A stretch of DNA of 63,776 nt, the filler included, from Choristocarpus tenellus KU-1152 (taxonomy: Eukaryota > Protista > Phaeophyceae), in NCBI GenBank assembly GCA_964200185.2. It is 10 parts of 10 records of this genome, joined end to end, with 100 filler letters (N's around TTAATTAATTAA, not from the genome) between each part and the next. Parts side by side here need not be neighbours in the genome. Positions count along the whole stretch, not along the records: positions 1 to 7,072 come from CAXNAD020006748.1; positions 7,173 to 12,386 come from CAXNAD020011489.1; positions 12,487 to 21,360 come from CAXNAD020004238.1; 7 more parts are not named here. One strand, 5' to 3'. The notes under the pieces were generated by a model. The model was not told the DNA's origin. It did not search any database and saw nothing but the letters and a program-made list of their open reading frames with translations. Within the stretch, counting starts at the first letter, position 1. Each line of letters opens with the position of its first letter. Positions 1 through 12,499 of this stretch are shown here, in pieces. The position numbers and the translations under genes were made by a program.

Positions 1-2700
1 GAAAAAGAACAGCGACCCTTCCATCTTCACTCCTTTTGACATATAAGCAGGTATCAAAGTCGCTAACACTCCACCCCTCAGCTAAAATTGTTCCCTTTAG
101 CTCCTTGTACCATTCCATTGCTGATTGCTTAAGGCCATAGATGGCCCTGGCAGCTTTTACGATGGATCCATTGGGCAGTTGTAGCCATACATCTTCATGA
201 AGTGGTGCGTTCAGGTAGGCTTGAGTGAAGTCTAGGGAGTTGATGATCCAGTTTCTGTTAGCTGCTGTAGCTAGGACTGCTCGAATCACGTCAAATCCCA
301 GCACTGGACTAAATTTGCTTAAGTAGTCCACCCCTTCTTGTTGGGAAGTACCCCGTGCCACCAGCCTGGCCTTATATCTTTCGATGTCTCCATTGGCCGT
401 CCTTTATATTTTGAATATAAATCTTGTTTTGACGGGCCTCCTCCCTGGTGGCAGACTCTCTCCCTCGTGAAAGGTTCCTTTGGTTCGTTGGCCCTCCATT
501 TCTTGTTCCATTGCCCTCTTCCAGTGTTCTGCATCAGGCCCTGAGAGGGCTTCTGCGATGGTTGATGCTCCTGGTGGCCTATTGGGATGTCACCTTCCAT
601 GCCCATCACGCAGTATGCATCATCCGTGCTTGATCTTAGCAGATATACTATATTCTCTACCAGTTCTTCTGTATCTCCAGAGTGTTAACCCCTGTAGTCA
701 ACCCTGGGTTGTTCAGCTATCCTGGCTGACCTCCGTTGTCCACTAGGTGAACTTGTCGAGTTCTTTCCAACGCCTGTTGCTTGGGGTATCGGATCGAATG
801 CAATATCGAATCCCGATCAGAGTCGTCTTCAGTATCAGAAATTTCTTCTTCATCCGTCGAAGTCATGGTCTCTCTCTCCCCCACGAAGTCCATGATGTGT
901 TCGTCTGGCTCGAATGTCACGTGGGCTGAGGTTACCAACTTGGCCTCTTGAGGATGCCAGATGTGCCAGCATAGTGATGTACAATCATGTCCCATTATTA
1001 CACCTCGCTTGGCGTATGGGTGAAACTTTGAACTGGCCCCTCTCTGCTGCTTGTCCTGGTGAACATAGCACTCACTCCCCCAGGCCCGAAGCCTATCGTA
1101 GTTGAAAAGATTTAGCTGTTAGACGCTCGCATGGCGTCTCTCCTCCCAGGTATTCGTGTGGCATACCTTCAGTCTTGAAGGCGACGTCCGTGATGGCAAA
1201 GAACCAATTCTCGTCGCCCAGCCCAGCCATTGCCAGTTGACTCCTTGCTGCCCCCATGAGTTGCTTTATCGCCCTTTCGGCGATTCCGTTGCTCTGTGGT
1301 GTTCTTGATGGAGATTTCCTCCATTGGGTACCGTTGTTCGCCAGCATCCTTTGGAACTTCACTGATCTCCCAAGCTCGCCAGCACCATCCCCACTGATGT
1401 ATTTGACTGGTATACCTTCCCTGGCCATCCGGTCGATATAAGCAGCGGTTGAGTCCATTGCTGCGTTTTTCGTTATTAATCCATAAACTCTCTCTTGTCT
1501 CTGCTGCTCTCATCGAGAAACACCTGAAAATATTGGTGGCCAGTGATGTCCGCTTAAAAAGGTCCCGCCAAATCCGTGTGAACAACCTCGCCGGACTGCT
1601 TTGGGGTCCTGCCACCCCGTTGATAGCTTAGGGTGTCGGACTTGCATTCCTTACAGGTCTCGCATTGCAGTTCTGATGCCACAGTAGCGTCGGTGATCTC
1701 TAAAAGTCCACTTTTCTCGAGATGTTTTACTGCTGATGGGTTGGTGTGTCCCAGTATGTTGTGCCAGTCCCTCAATGTCAGCCTCTGCTTTTGGTTGCCT
1801 TGTGCAGCGCTGGCTCTCGATTCTTGTTCTATGGTGATTATGGTTCCGGTTAAATTTAAGAACCCCCCCCATTTTCGTAGGTTTATCGAGGGCGAATTCT
1901 TGGAAGCCCTCAGATAACTTAGTTTTGTTCCTGAATCCATGAATTCTCCTCCATTCCGTCGTATACTTCCAGTACTCAATATGCGGCATGGTAGACCTGG
2001 GATCCATAGAACATCCTTCAGAACCACTCTTGTTGGTTTGCCGTCCTTGTCCGTCACCATTAGAACCATATCCCCAGTTTCCTTCGCGCTTCCAATTTCC
2101 CATTGTTTCCGAAGGTGCATGTGCGTTTGGTAGGCTAATTGCTTACGAGGTCTTCACGATCAGGTGTAAGACGTACGTTTGCTCCAGAGTCACACAATAT
2201 CTCGACTTGTCTTCCACTGGAGGAGTTGAACACCGCACTTTTGTTAACCTCCTCGTCTGCTGTCACCTTGAAACTGGAGAAGGAACGCGCTTGGTTTCCG
2301 TCAACTTTGTTGCTGCTCCCACGAGTTTGAGGTGGCGGAAATGTTCCGGGTGCCATCCCAGGTGGACATGTTGCCGGCGGCTTTCCATTTGAGTATTGGT
2401 AGCAATTCTGCCATCGATGGTTCATCCTTAAGCAATATCCACATTGTTTTGATTTGAGGCCGCTTCCAGCTGATCCCCTGGTCTTCCGAGCAAGACCGTT
2501 CTTCGCATTGCCATGCATCGCTAATATCTCATCATGACCACCTTGACCCGAGTGAAGGTAAGTTGTCGACGAGATGACTGCCCGTTTGAGCTCCTCATAG
2601 CTGATATCCGGGCGCGTGATTAATTGCTCGAACACATGTGGCATCGCTTCCTTGATCCCAAGCAGTATAGACCGAATTTGGACCTCTGGGGCAGGTGTGG
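1..2700 (-). mobile_element. Degenerate Ty1/Copia LTR retrotransposon gag-pol (Gag C-terminus, zinc knuckle, protease, GAG-pre-integrase, integrase, RT); runs off the window edge
   Basis: Minus-strand translation gives zinc knuckle CGYCLRMNHRWQNC (~2400-2445), protease ILCDSGA (~2185-2205), WHNILGH...CETC, integrase VVHTDLAGPF / ISGDGAGE / TPQSNGIAER, then RT LDFTQAYLNAPL...AIYGLKQSAMEWY (1-320). PR-INT-RT order is Copia-type. Several frameshifts and stops; no LTR seen. Confidence 0.93.
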
Positions 2701-3002
2701 GCGATGTTTTTCCCCCCCAGGATACCCAGCCTTGGTCAATCACTTCCGCCAAGTCTTCTGAAGGGACTCCTGTCGAGAGGAGGATGTGGATAGATGACCC
2801 CAAGGCTCCTACTGTGGGACTCATACAGATGGCTTGTGAGAAAGATTCTCCATGAGGCCCTTGTTGCCTTGCTAAAAGGGTGGGGAGAGTAGCCTCCAGT
2901 GATCCTACGAAGGCTGTACGCTGGTGATCCTTCACAGAGGATAAGCCCAAACCCCCCGAACTTGTGGGCATCTGTGCCTGTACTTGTTGGTATGTCTCCA
3001 GG

Positions 3003-3286
3003 GAATAAAAGTATCTTAGAGGGTACGAGCTTTGCCCTGTTTGTCCATTTGGGGCTCGACTTCCAACCGGTTTTTTATGACATTTTCCAATTCCAAAACG
3101 TTTCGGAATTGGTAAAATATTTTTACATTTTGGAGTAGGTTTCATGTATATAACTATGAAAAGGTGTCAAGAACAAGGACATCGACACTTCCTCACGAAC
3201 ACAACACCTGAAATTACATCAAAATCGCAACATTGGATTTTGCCTCCCAAATGGACACGGCTGTACCCTCTAAGATACTTTGACTC
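3003..3286 (+). mobile_element. MITE family A (~240-285 bp), TSD CAGG
   Basis: TIRs gaataaaagtatcttagagggtac / gtaccctctaagatactttgactc. The right TSD is restored when the adjacent MITE B is removed. Confidence 0.9.
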
Positions 3287-3288
3287 CA

Positions 3289-3466
3289 GACCCAAAGTAT
3301 CTGGGAGGGGGGGGGGTCTACACTAGGGTGTCCATATGGACCAAAATCAGGAAAAATGCATTTTCAGTATCCATCCGACGTATGCAACCAAATCACCGAA
3401 AAATCGTGACATGAAAAAATTGACCCCAATTGGACAGCCGCTACCCCCTCCCAGATACTTTGAGCC
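3289..3466 (+). mobile_element. MITE family B (~155-185 bp, poly-G/poly-C TIRs), TSD TCCA
   Basis: gacccaaagtatctgggagggggg ... ccctcccagatactttgagcc, flanked by tcca on both sides. Confidence 0.92.
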
Positions 3467-4179
3467 TCCAGGTGTGAAGAGATCCATTTTCACACCCTCT
3501 TCAAAGAAGTCGGTGGGTCCCAACGAGTCTGCTACTTCCAATATCTGCTGAAGATACCCGATTTCATACTTCGTCGGTAGAATATCAGAAATTTCTAGGG
3601 CTTTTTTTCACCGACAAGATGGTCAGGGACTGGATGGTTTCGAATGTTACGGATATATATTATTAGTTATAAAAAAACTGCTTCGCCCTCGGGAGTTTGA
3701 ATCTCACTGGTTTCGCCAATATAAATCGTAGGATTTTGTGGTGGCGTAGGCAAGGGCTGTGAAGAAAATCCACAGGCAAGACGGACCAGACGGACCAAGA
3801 CGAACCATGACTGACAGGACGAGTTTAAGGATGGACAGGTGCAAGACTACGAGGGCTGGCATGAAATTGTGGAGTGATGAGAATTCTTATGAGAGAGGAT
3901 AATCACGAAGTCAAGAAGTTACAACAAAAAGAATCTTTGATATGTGGGATTGGTCCCTTGAAAAGATTCCCCACCTTAATCATTGCTAAGAATCTCTACT
4001 GGAATCGGGGAAGGAAACTTTAATCGGTATGATGGTATATGACATATATAAATAACGGAATAACAATAGCCAAGTCTGCTTTGTATATATGCTACATACT
4101 ATTATGGCCCTCTGAAATTTTACGGATGTGCCAGGGAAACAAATATTGACAAATTGCTATTCATAATATATTTGTTACA

Positions 4180-6115
4180 CTACCTCTGTGTCACAAGATT
4201 GGGCCACGAAACATCTCGACTCGCCAACCGAGAACGGCGCCGGATCAGACGGTAACCCCAAATAATGAAATTGGGTTGACAATCTCAGCTTTCAGAAGGG
4301 TGAGGGTCGAGGATCATCAGGTACAAACTCGAGGTGCTTTAAGTCGTCAATTTAGGGGTCTTTTAGGCCAGGACTGGGCACATGGAAGGTCAGAACGTCG
4401 GCATGGAACCCCCAACCCCCCCGTCGACCCCCCCGGGTAGGAAGGGTGCCCAAGTGTCCCTGAATATTAGGGTTGCACTTGCAGTGTGGCACACCCTTGC
4501 GATGGTCCCTGGTGAGCATAAACTGCCCTGACACGTTCGACCGGACCTCACAGAGGAGTTTGGAGTATCCAAGCGTTACATGCAAGGGCTCTCGGAGGAC
4601 GTTGCCGATCAGCTCGCCTGTGGTCACACGCTTGACCTAGGGGTGGCGTCATGTAGTAGGCGGCCTTTGGAGCTCATACCTACCAAGATGGCCGTAATAT
4701 ATAGTATCAACACTGACAATCGGTCATCCACAGTGCGTCAGGTGACAATGAAGATGGTCGCCAAGGGACTGAACTATAGTACAAGCACCATAAACAGGTG
4801 GTTGGATGATATGGGGGCCATGCTGAATCGCCGCTGGATCAAACCCAAGCTTAAAAAGTGATAAAAGGTATGGAGAAAGGACTTTGTTTACGATCAAGTG
4901 GACCAAAACGTGATGTGAACGCCTCCATGCGAACACGATCCATGGAGCTGAAACCTGGTTTTACGTGATGGTTGATGGAGAAAGGGTTAGGGTATTTCCG
5001 CATGAGGATGATAGCGACCCTGGCCTACTGTGCAGCACAAGAATCATATCCCCAAAACCATAACCATTGCAGCCAACGCCCACTCAGATTCAGCTCGCAG
5101 CTTTGATGGAAAGCTTAGTGTTTGGCGCGCGTGTGCACCAAAAACAACAGACAGGATAAGCAAGAACCATAAAAAGGGGGATGTGTACGAGCAGGACAAT
5201 ACTTTAGACGATTTGTGGTACACAGAGGAGCTACTGTCTGCAATCAAGACCAAGATGCCTTGGTTCCAGGGGAAGCATGTTGTCGTTCAGCACGACGGTG
5301 CCACCCCCCACACGGGCCAGGGCAACTCAGAATTCTTGTCAGGGGCAGGGAAGACCGAGGGGTGGTCGATTAGCCTTGTGAGTAAAAGTATTTTAGAGGG
5401 TACGATTTTTGCCCTGTTTGTTTATTTGGGGCTTGGATTCCCACGGGGTTTTTTTTGACATTTTACCTACTCCGAAATGTTTTGGAGTAGGTAAAATGTG
5501 TATGTTATGAAAAGGTGTGTCTGAAACAAGGATATTGACACTTCCTAACAAACATGATGGTCAAAAGTATATCAAACTGTCAACATTGGATTTTGGCCGC
5601 CAAATGGCCGATGCTGTACCCTCTAAAAGATATATTGACTCTTGTGACGCAGCCATCTAACTCCCCCAACCTCAATATCATAGGCCCGTGTTTGTTCAGG
5701 TCTTGAAATGCCAGGTGATGGGGGAGCGTTTTGGGTCCATCGAGGAGATGGTGCAGGTCAATAAGAAACAGTGTGAAGAGCATGATGAAACCACACTTGC
5801 GAGGGCTCGGCAGCTCCTTTTTGTGGTGTACAATCAAGTGCTTAGATACAAAGGGGGGGATGACTTCAGTGTGGACCACACGGGAGTAAGGAAGAGGCAG
5901 TTGTCTGGTGAGCTTGAAAACACCTCAAAGGTAGACATGGTGGCTTTTTCTGTGGCTGATAAGAATTTGAATTTTGATTGATAGTGAGTATTAATAATAA
6001 ACAGAGCTGACCTAACCACAAATGCGTCAAGGATTCAAAATCTTCTTTCAGAAACGAATATCATCATCTTCAAAGGTTATGGACAACGCGGCACAGACTT
6101 ATGGCACGGAGGTAG
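4180..6115 (+). mobile_element. Full-length but decayed Tc1/mariner DNA transposon (plant-mariner/Stowaway-like TIRs)
   Basis: TIRs ctacctctgtgtcacaag (4180) and cttatggcacggaggtag|ta (6098-6117). Transposase relic with HTH-like LTEEFGVSKRYMQ, ETWFYVM, VVQHDGATPH and TQPSNSPNLNI. Contains frameshifts and a MITE A insertion. Confidence 0.9.
5380..5641 (+). mobile_element. MITE family A inserted in the mariner transposase, TSD TTGT
   Basis: ttgt|gagtaaaagtattttagaggg ... agatatattgactc|ttgt. The mariner copy at ~56800 shows the empty site with a single ttgt. Confidence 0.92.
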
Positions 6116-6465
6116 TACGACAGTGGTAATAGTTCTGTGTGATAGGCGCCGATGAAAACTACCACACATGAGGTTCAGGAACGAAACAAGTAATTCTAAC
6201 CTCCACACCTTTGCGGTGGAAAGGTTTGACGCCTCGGCAAGCAAGTAGAAAGTTTTCTAAGGTGAGAAATGTGGAGATGTCAAAGAGACATGGGTTGGCG
6301 TGGATGTTGAGGTGGCTAATGCAAAACTCATCTCCTGCAAGGTCATGAAGGCCTCGAGACTCACACCTAATCAGAAAGTTAATGACAGACCCCCAAAGTT
6401 GGTTCCGAGCACCAAATATTGGTGGTGACCTTTGTTAAAACCCGAATCGAATGCATCATACTTCT

Positions 6466-6572
6466 GAGTAAAATGCGTAGTCTGTGTTGCGAAGAGAAGT
6501 CATAGTGCTGCAAAGCACCAGTGAGTAAAATGTGTAGTCAGTGTTGCGAAGGGAAGTCATAGTGCTGCAAAG
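6466..6572. repeat. Two-copy ~56-bp tandem duplication
   Basis: gagtaaaatg(c/t)gtagtc(t/a)gtgttgcgaag(a/g)gaagtcatagtgctgcaaag occurs twice. Confidence 0.85.
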
Positions 6573-7072
6573 TAGCACCGATGTATTTGTTTTGTTGTAA
6601 CTGAGGTTATTGATCGCTCGGTCAAGACTGATGTGATGTGAATTCAGTGTTCTTTCTTGAGATACTAAACGAAAGAACTCCATGCTCTGTGGAGAGGCTT
6701 GTTTCCTTGGTGGACAAGAGTTTCAGTGGATGGTTTAACTCTGAAATGCATAGCATCCAAGCGTGCATCAGTTACATTTATTGCAGAGTGAGCTTGGTGC
6801 AATATGCGGGGGCAATGACAACCAAGAAAGATTTATTGATCAACAATTAACGTACAACTGGGGTCTTCTGCTGCTAAGAAGAAGAAAGAGAAAGAAAACA
6901 ATAGGCAAAAAACAGAACAACAGAACAAGCTTGAATCAATATATGATGCAACTCAAGTGACGCATACTGTGCAATATAGACTAGTAGTCTATATGGTTTA
7001 TAGTGTAAAAGTGAATGGAGTAATGTAACTTGAACTTACAAGTGACTGACGTAGTGTAACTGTCACAAACAT

Positions 7073-7172
7073 NNNNNNNNNNNNNNNNNNNNNNNNNNNN
7101 NNNNNNNNNNNNNNNNTTAATTAATTAANNNNNNNNNNNNNNNNNNNNNNNNNNNNNNNNNNNNNNNNNNNN
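7073..7172. other. Artificial contig spacer N44-TTAATTAATTAA-N44; identical spacers at 12387-12486, 21361-21460, 27823-27922, 34520-34619, 40434-40533, 44854-44953, 50951-51050 and 58586-58685
   Basis: The same 100-nt block with a six-frame stop linker recurs nine times. Confidence 0.98.
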
Positions 7173-8409
7173 AAGACCGTTTTCTCAAAAAACTCATCCT
7201 CATAGTCCCGCGCCTTCCTCAATTTTGAGATTCCCCTGTTAATACAAGTTCACACAAGGTACACAAGCAAAGGGGAGATGGTAAAGGATGTATTATAAGC
7301 TAGAAAATTGGTTCCCTCTAGAGGTGTGGTGGACGGGATATTGAGATGGGTGGTTGCTGGTAGATGCCATTCAGTAACCAAGGTGAGAATTATTCATGAC
7401 CTTCCGTGCCAGAACGACAGTTTAAGCCCACGTGAAAAATTTTGATGATGGCTGTGGGACTGTTCAAACACCAAGTCCTTGTGCGACGGTTCAGCCTGAT
7501 GACCTTTAACGTGCTTGAACTGCTAAAAAGTTCACTTAAATGAGGATTCTGTGGGTTAGATTATATGGATGTCCGGGATACTTTCGTCAAATCCCTAAAG
7601 ACTACACGAATATTCTTCAAATCCAAAGTAGCTTTGTTTAAACCCAGAGTAACATCTCCTATAGTACATTTTTTACCATTCAGTTATATCGGAAGGAACA
7701 AAATTGGAATTCCCTGATCCATCGTGTAGTTTGTTGGTGGTGGGAACCTTGAAAAGAGACCCAAACTGGCACTTTTTCATGCGTGCTCGCTCTCTGTTTG
7801 CATTTTAAATTGTGTACCTACCTCACTTAGTGACAATGATTATGCCCGTTGTTTGTTTTGTTATAGCCCTGTTGTGTGTAAACGTGTTTTGCTTGTGTAC
7901 CACAAGCAACTACTTGGTACTACTACTGTTTACTGCTGGTGATACAGCTACCACTTCTTTCATTAACAATTCCTCTTTTTTCTCCTCGCCTCTTCTTGTA
8001 ATGCTGTTATGGTTGGTTGTCAATAGTATCGGTCCTAATTGTTGGTAGTCAACGATGTTTGTTATTGTGTAGTACTAGTTAGTGCCGAAGTCTTGAACAA
8101 CTGATAATGAGTAGTGTGTAATTATGTCAATAATAATATTAATGCTGGCGTTGTGGGAACAATGGCAACAGCAAGAACATAAATGACAAAGGAACTGGTA
8201 GCACCAGTAATACTATCAGTGGCAGCAGTACTTCGAGTAGTAACAACAGCTACTACAACTTTGTACGAGGTTGTTTGAAAGGATGCATCATTCAGACCAC
8301 TTGCTGTCAGCTGTGCCAAAACAATATGATAACAGGTACTCACCAAACTATAGGAGCAACAGCAACAAATATGTGTCCTTGCCTATATGCCTCCAAAACC
8401 TAAAATTCA

Positions 8410-8661
8410 GAGTGCATCTATCTTAGAGGGTAATAGTTTTTCCATGTTTGTCCATTTGGGGCTTGGCTTCCTGTGGGTTGACATTTTTCCACTCCAAAAT
8501 GTTTCGGAGTAGGTCAAATGCATACGTTATGGAAAGGTGTGTCCAGAACAAGGATACTGACGCTTCCTAACAAACACGGTATCCAAAATTACATCAAAAT
8601 CGCAACATCGGATTTTGGCCCCCAAATGGACGTGGCCCTAACCTCTAAGATACTTTGGCTC
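8410..8661 (+). mobile_element. MITE family A, TSD TCA (3 bp)
   Basis: tca|gagtgcatctatcttagagggt ... acctctaagatactttggctc|tca; internal sequence matches 3003-3286. Confidence 0.88.
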
Positions 8662-11527
8662 TCACATACACAACAACAACAACAATTGCTTTGGTGGTGA
8701 GGGGGTTGTCTTGATATCTCAAGTGTGTGAATGTATGAGGTCAACAACGACAACAACAGGAAAACAACATAATACAAACACACACCATCATCAATGGGTT
8801 ATCTCTACCATGATGCCCGAATACAGTGCCCAATTGAACACCTCCAATGCAACGATGGCGCTTCAAAATTTCCCTGCTCAATGGGGAAGACCATAAAATT
8901 ATAGTAACACTAAGAAAGCAGGACAAAAGCAAAAAAATGCAGCAGAACAGAAACCGTATGTAGTAGCAGCGATATGAGGGAACCTACTCCATGCACTAGT
9001 ATGTATGTGCTTGGAAGCACTAGGGAGGAGGACAACAAGGCAGGTAGGTGTCTACAACAAAGCACGGACATGTAAAACAAGTCACTAAGGGAAACTGGGT
9101 AAACAAATATAAACGTGTGCAGGACGATACCACAAGCACCTCCACTCATTATTTACCCGTTGATTTATGTTGTAGCAGCAGTGGCAGGTACAGCAGACGC
9201 CATTTGAGGTTACAGAGCATGCTCCTCCCTCTCTTTGGCTTCCAGTGCCCTGTTCTCGGCTTGAAAAATATCTGGTGGTATAAGCCCTTTGCAGAGTTTG
9301 TCGCAACTTGCAAACGCCCATCCACTCCAAGCTTGTGTCAAAGTTGACCTCCCCATCGTGTTTTAGGTACCTTCTTTCTGCAACCTATCTCGGTGTTTCT
9401 CTCCCTGCCCTTTTCTATCCTCTAAGTTGGCACCACGTAGCCTGGAGTGAAGGGCCCATTGGCATATTATTCGAATGAATACTGCATGGACTTGGATTGC
9501 ATCTCCTGGTATCTAAGCCACCTTGAACTTCTGTCCTCGAGCATCAAAATTGCCCAGTGGACCATGTTGTTAATTATGCGACCATCCATGAAGTTGCAGT
9601 TATCCCCATGGAGGAACACATACATGTTACTCTAGAAACTTGAAGGTGACCCGGTTCTGTCTCTGTCCCTGTCTGTCTCTGTCTCTGTCCTCCATGACTA
9701 TGTATCTCTTCCTCGTCCTCAAGACCCGATACCTTCCCCACAGTCTCTCACCATTTTCGTAATCATAATTAAGTTGCTGTTGTCTATATACACGCCGTGA
9801 TTGTCAGTCCCCTCTGTTCCCAAGCCGCCTATTTTCTCATGGTCGTACTTGGTAGTTGTTGTCAGTTCCCTGCATAAGATGGTGTCGAGGTGGAGCTCAA
9901 CTGTACCTTTGGCTACGTAGTCTACAGACATACATGATCTACCACAGCCGCACGGGTGGCTTTGATGCATTCTTGCCCCTGAAGGAGGGGAGGGGGTTAG
10001 AGAAAGGGTTGCCAAGTACATGTTAAGGAGTGAAGACGGTGACTCATGTGTTAGTGCCTTAACATGTATCGAAGAAGCGTGTTTTTGTACCAGAAGGTGT
10101 ATGTTATTGATTTGCGGTCAAACCTTTCGAACAAGGGTACAACAATTGCTGCATCAAAAAATAAATATATCGAAGTACAGGATATGATGGCGACAATAAA
10201 ATGCACATGTGAGTGTCTTGTTGTGAGGATGAGAACGATTGGATGTCTTGGTGCAGAGTCGATCTTCAGACTCGACGATGCATCACATGCACCATGTATG
10301 TATTTATTGTTGTTGCTGGGAGTGAGGAGGATATAGCTGAGGATGTGGTACTTACAGTAGTGGTGTTGTGGTGGCGCTGGCACTATTTTATTGTTATTGA
10401 CAACAAGCACGTTGGAAGATGTATGTTCAATTGTTAGAGAGCCAGTAGGATGTAATGTAGCCGTAGTGTTAATGGTGGCAGGAGCAGCAGTAGTTGAGGT
10501 AGCTCAATCAGGAGTAACGTATGCCACCAAGATGGAGCCTTGAATCCAACGAAAATTACAATCACTCTTTTCTGCAGGGGGTCTTCTAATAATTATGTTG
10601 TAGTCATTATTATCTCACTTCAGGGAGAATAACAACTACTAGTTCCTGGCCTACTTCACCCTGTTGATAGAGAGGGGAGTACTCCAGCTAGACGAAGTAG
10701 ACATTCCATTGGTGGGACATATCCACAGGAAGATCGATCATTTTTTTCGTGGTGAGTCACATATGTATATGTGACATTCAACCCTACATGGACCTGCATG
10801 CAATCCCTTTTCTTGTCCATTCGTGTTGTCAAATGGCACACTCCTCCCGCACATTAACTCCCACTCCTGGTGTTGCTCATGATTGTCTGTATCACGCATT
10901 GGATGCATGTGCGCCAAAAAACTGCCCTTAACTCGACAGCACACACCATTTACGATGTATCTGCATATATATACACCTGTATGTATATCATGTTATGAGT
11001 CAAACCAATTCAGAGGTATGCAGGTTTGGACCCTTTTGCTTTCCAAGGCTATCAATCTACCCTGTGAAATGCACTCCATTTCACTGTGGTGTATATACGC
11101 AATAGTGTACGCAAAGTTGATGTTCTCCCTTTCCACTCACAAAGTCATACCGGAATTGAGCAAAGGTTCCTTTTGCAATTGTTCAAAACGGTGTCTTTTT
11201 GCCGTTTCTCTGGATCCCTTAAAATGCAACCCTGCCCACTATTCAATTGGTTGGATCTATGTATGTTTTTTAAAGTTCGATGATCGAGGAAGTAGAGTGT
11301 GTTATTTTAGATGGGGTTTTTTAGGTGGTGTCTCTGAGTCAAAGTGTATTATGAGGTATTTGGTGTTGTATTTCAAGGATGGTGATAAATATGTCTAAAT
11401 GTCGGATTTTTTTACAAATGTGTATATAGATTATTTTCTGGATTGTGTGGGGAAAGTTTCAAACGATATAGAAATAAACGGTCTCAAGTCTAAACCTAGA
11501 ACTCAATCCATAGGAATATGGGCGAAT

Positions 11528-11711
11528 GACCCGAAGTATCTGGGGGGGGGGGGGTCTACACCAGGGAATCCATTTGGGCCAAAACCAGGAAAAGTGCATT
11601 TACATTATCCATCCGACGTATGTATGCACAACCAAACCATCCAAAAATTGTGACATGAAAAAATTGGCCCCAAATGGACAGCTGCCACCCCCCACCCATA
11701 TACTTTGAGTC
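11528..11711 (+). mobile_element. MITE family B, TSD AAT (3 bp), inserted in a copy of the repeat seen at 35460-35690
   Basis: aat|gacccgaagtatctgggggg ... catatactttgagtc|aat. The empty site gggtgaattgc is at ~35627. Confidence 0.9.
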
Positions 11712-12124
11712 AATTGCAAACGATTGAAAAACAGACAAAAATATAAAACGATAAAACTTAGGTGTCTCTCGTTTACTTCGACTCGATATCTTGTCAAAAG
11801 AAATGTTGGGCATGTACATAATTCACGATAATTACCGACAGGGCGTGGAAGGGAGCACAACAACAGATGAAGGTGGAAGAAGTGTGTAGTAGTAGGCCAC
11901 AGAGAAAATTACATGTCACGTTGGGTTAGGAAGGTTTTGCTACATGTTTCATGCATCAATAGCTCTTTCGACAAATGAAAAGAGTTACAAAAAATCCACA
12001 GTCTCGAGTTGTATACATATATTTATATACACCAATTTGACTGATTTGGTCGTATTCTATTGTTTGCATTTTGATTTCCAACATGTTTATACACATAATA
12101 GAATCAGTATCCTTTGAACTATGT

Positions 12125-12386
12125 ATTTTGTTTTGCTCACGAATTCTGGATTATTATTATTATTTTATTCCACATTTGTATTCCTCCCTATTCCCTTTTC
12201 TCCCTATATTCTAACAACCCTTGTGACCAACCAGCGCAACCACTTCGCCACTGATTTCCAGTCACCCCCATATCTGATGACCAACCAGGGCGAACCCCCT
12301 TCGCCCCTGATTTCCAGTCACCCCCCCCTATCCGATGACCAACCAGTGCGACCCCTTTCGCCACTGATTTCCGGTCTCTACCACCC
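12125..12386 (-). repeat. Minisatellite-bearing dispersed repeat (reverse copy of 55598-56095)
   Basis: About 3 units of gatgaccaaccagtgcgacccc..tcgccactgatttccagtcacccc, plus the shared unique flank tgttttgctcacgaattctggattattattatt. Confidence 0.85.
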
Positions 12387-12499
12387 NNNNNNNNNNNNNN
12401 NNNNNNNNNNNNNNNNNNNNNNNNNNNNNNTTAATTAATTAANNNNNNNNNNNNNNNNNNNNNNNNNNNNNNNNNNNNNNNNNNNNGTGCTCATTCCGC

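Larger units (their letters stand above)
2700..3560 (-). mobile_element. Fragment of a CRE-like non-LTR retrotransposon (region C-terminal to RT), interrupted by two MITEs
   Basis: QQVQAQMPTSSGGLGLSS...AFVGSL resembles the 'LP..GGLG' post-RT motif of RLE-type LINEs. Coding-like sequence continues past the MITEs (LQQILEVADSLGPTDFFEEG). Confidence 0.6.

Noticed and set aside
3144-3551. Recurrent short ORFs such as SKYLGGG... and ESILEGTSFALFV...
   Set aside because: They are chance translations of MITE A/B sequence, not proteins.
3613-3720. tRNA-Ser/Leu-like remnant (ctcgggagtttgaatctcac)
   Set aside because: Only a degenerate T-arm is visible and no cloverleaf can be drawn.
9000-10030. Coding-like minus-strand segment; a similar unassigned block lies at 51100-51690
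   Set aside because: Interrupted by stops with no recognisable motif, so it cannot be assigned without a homology search.
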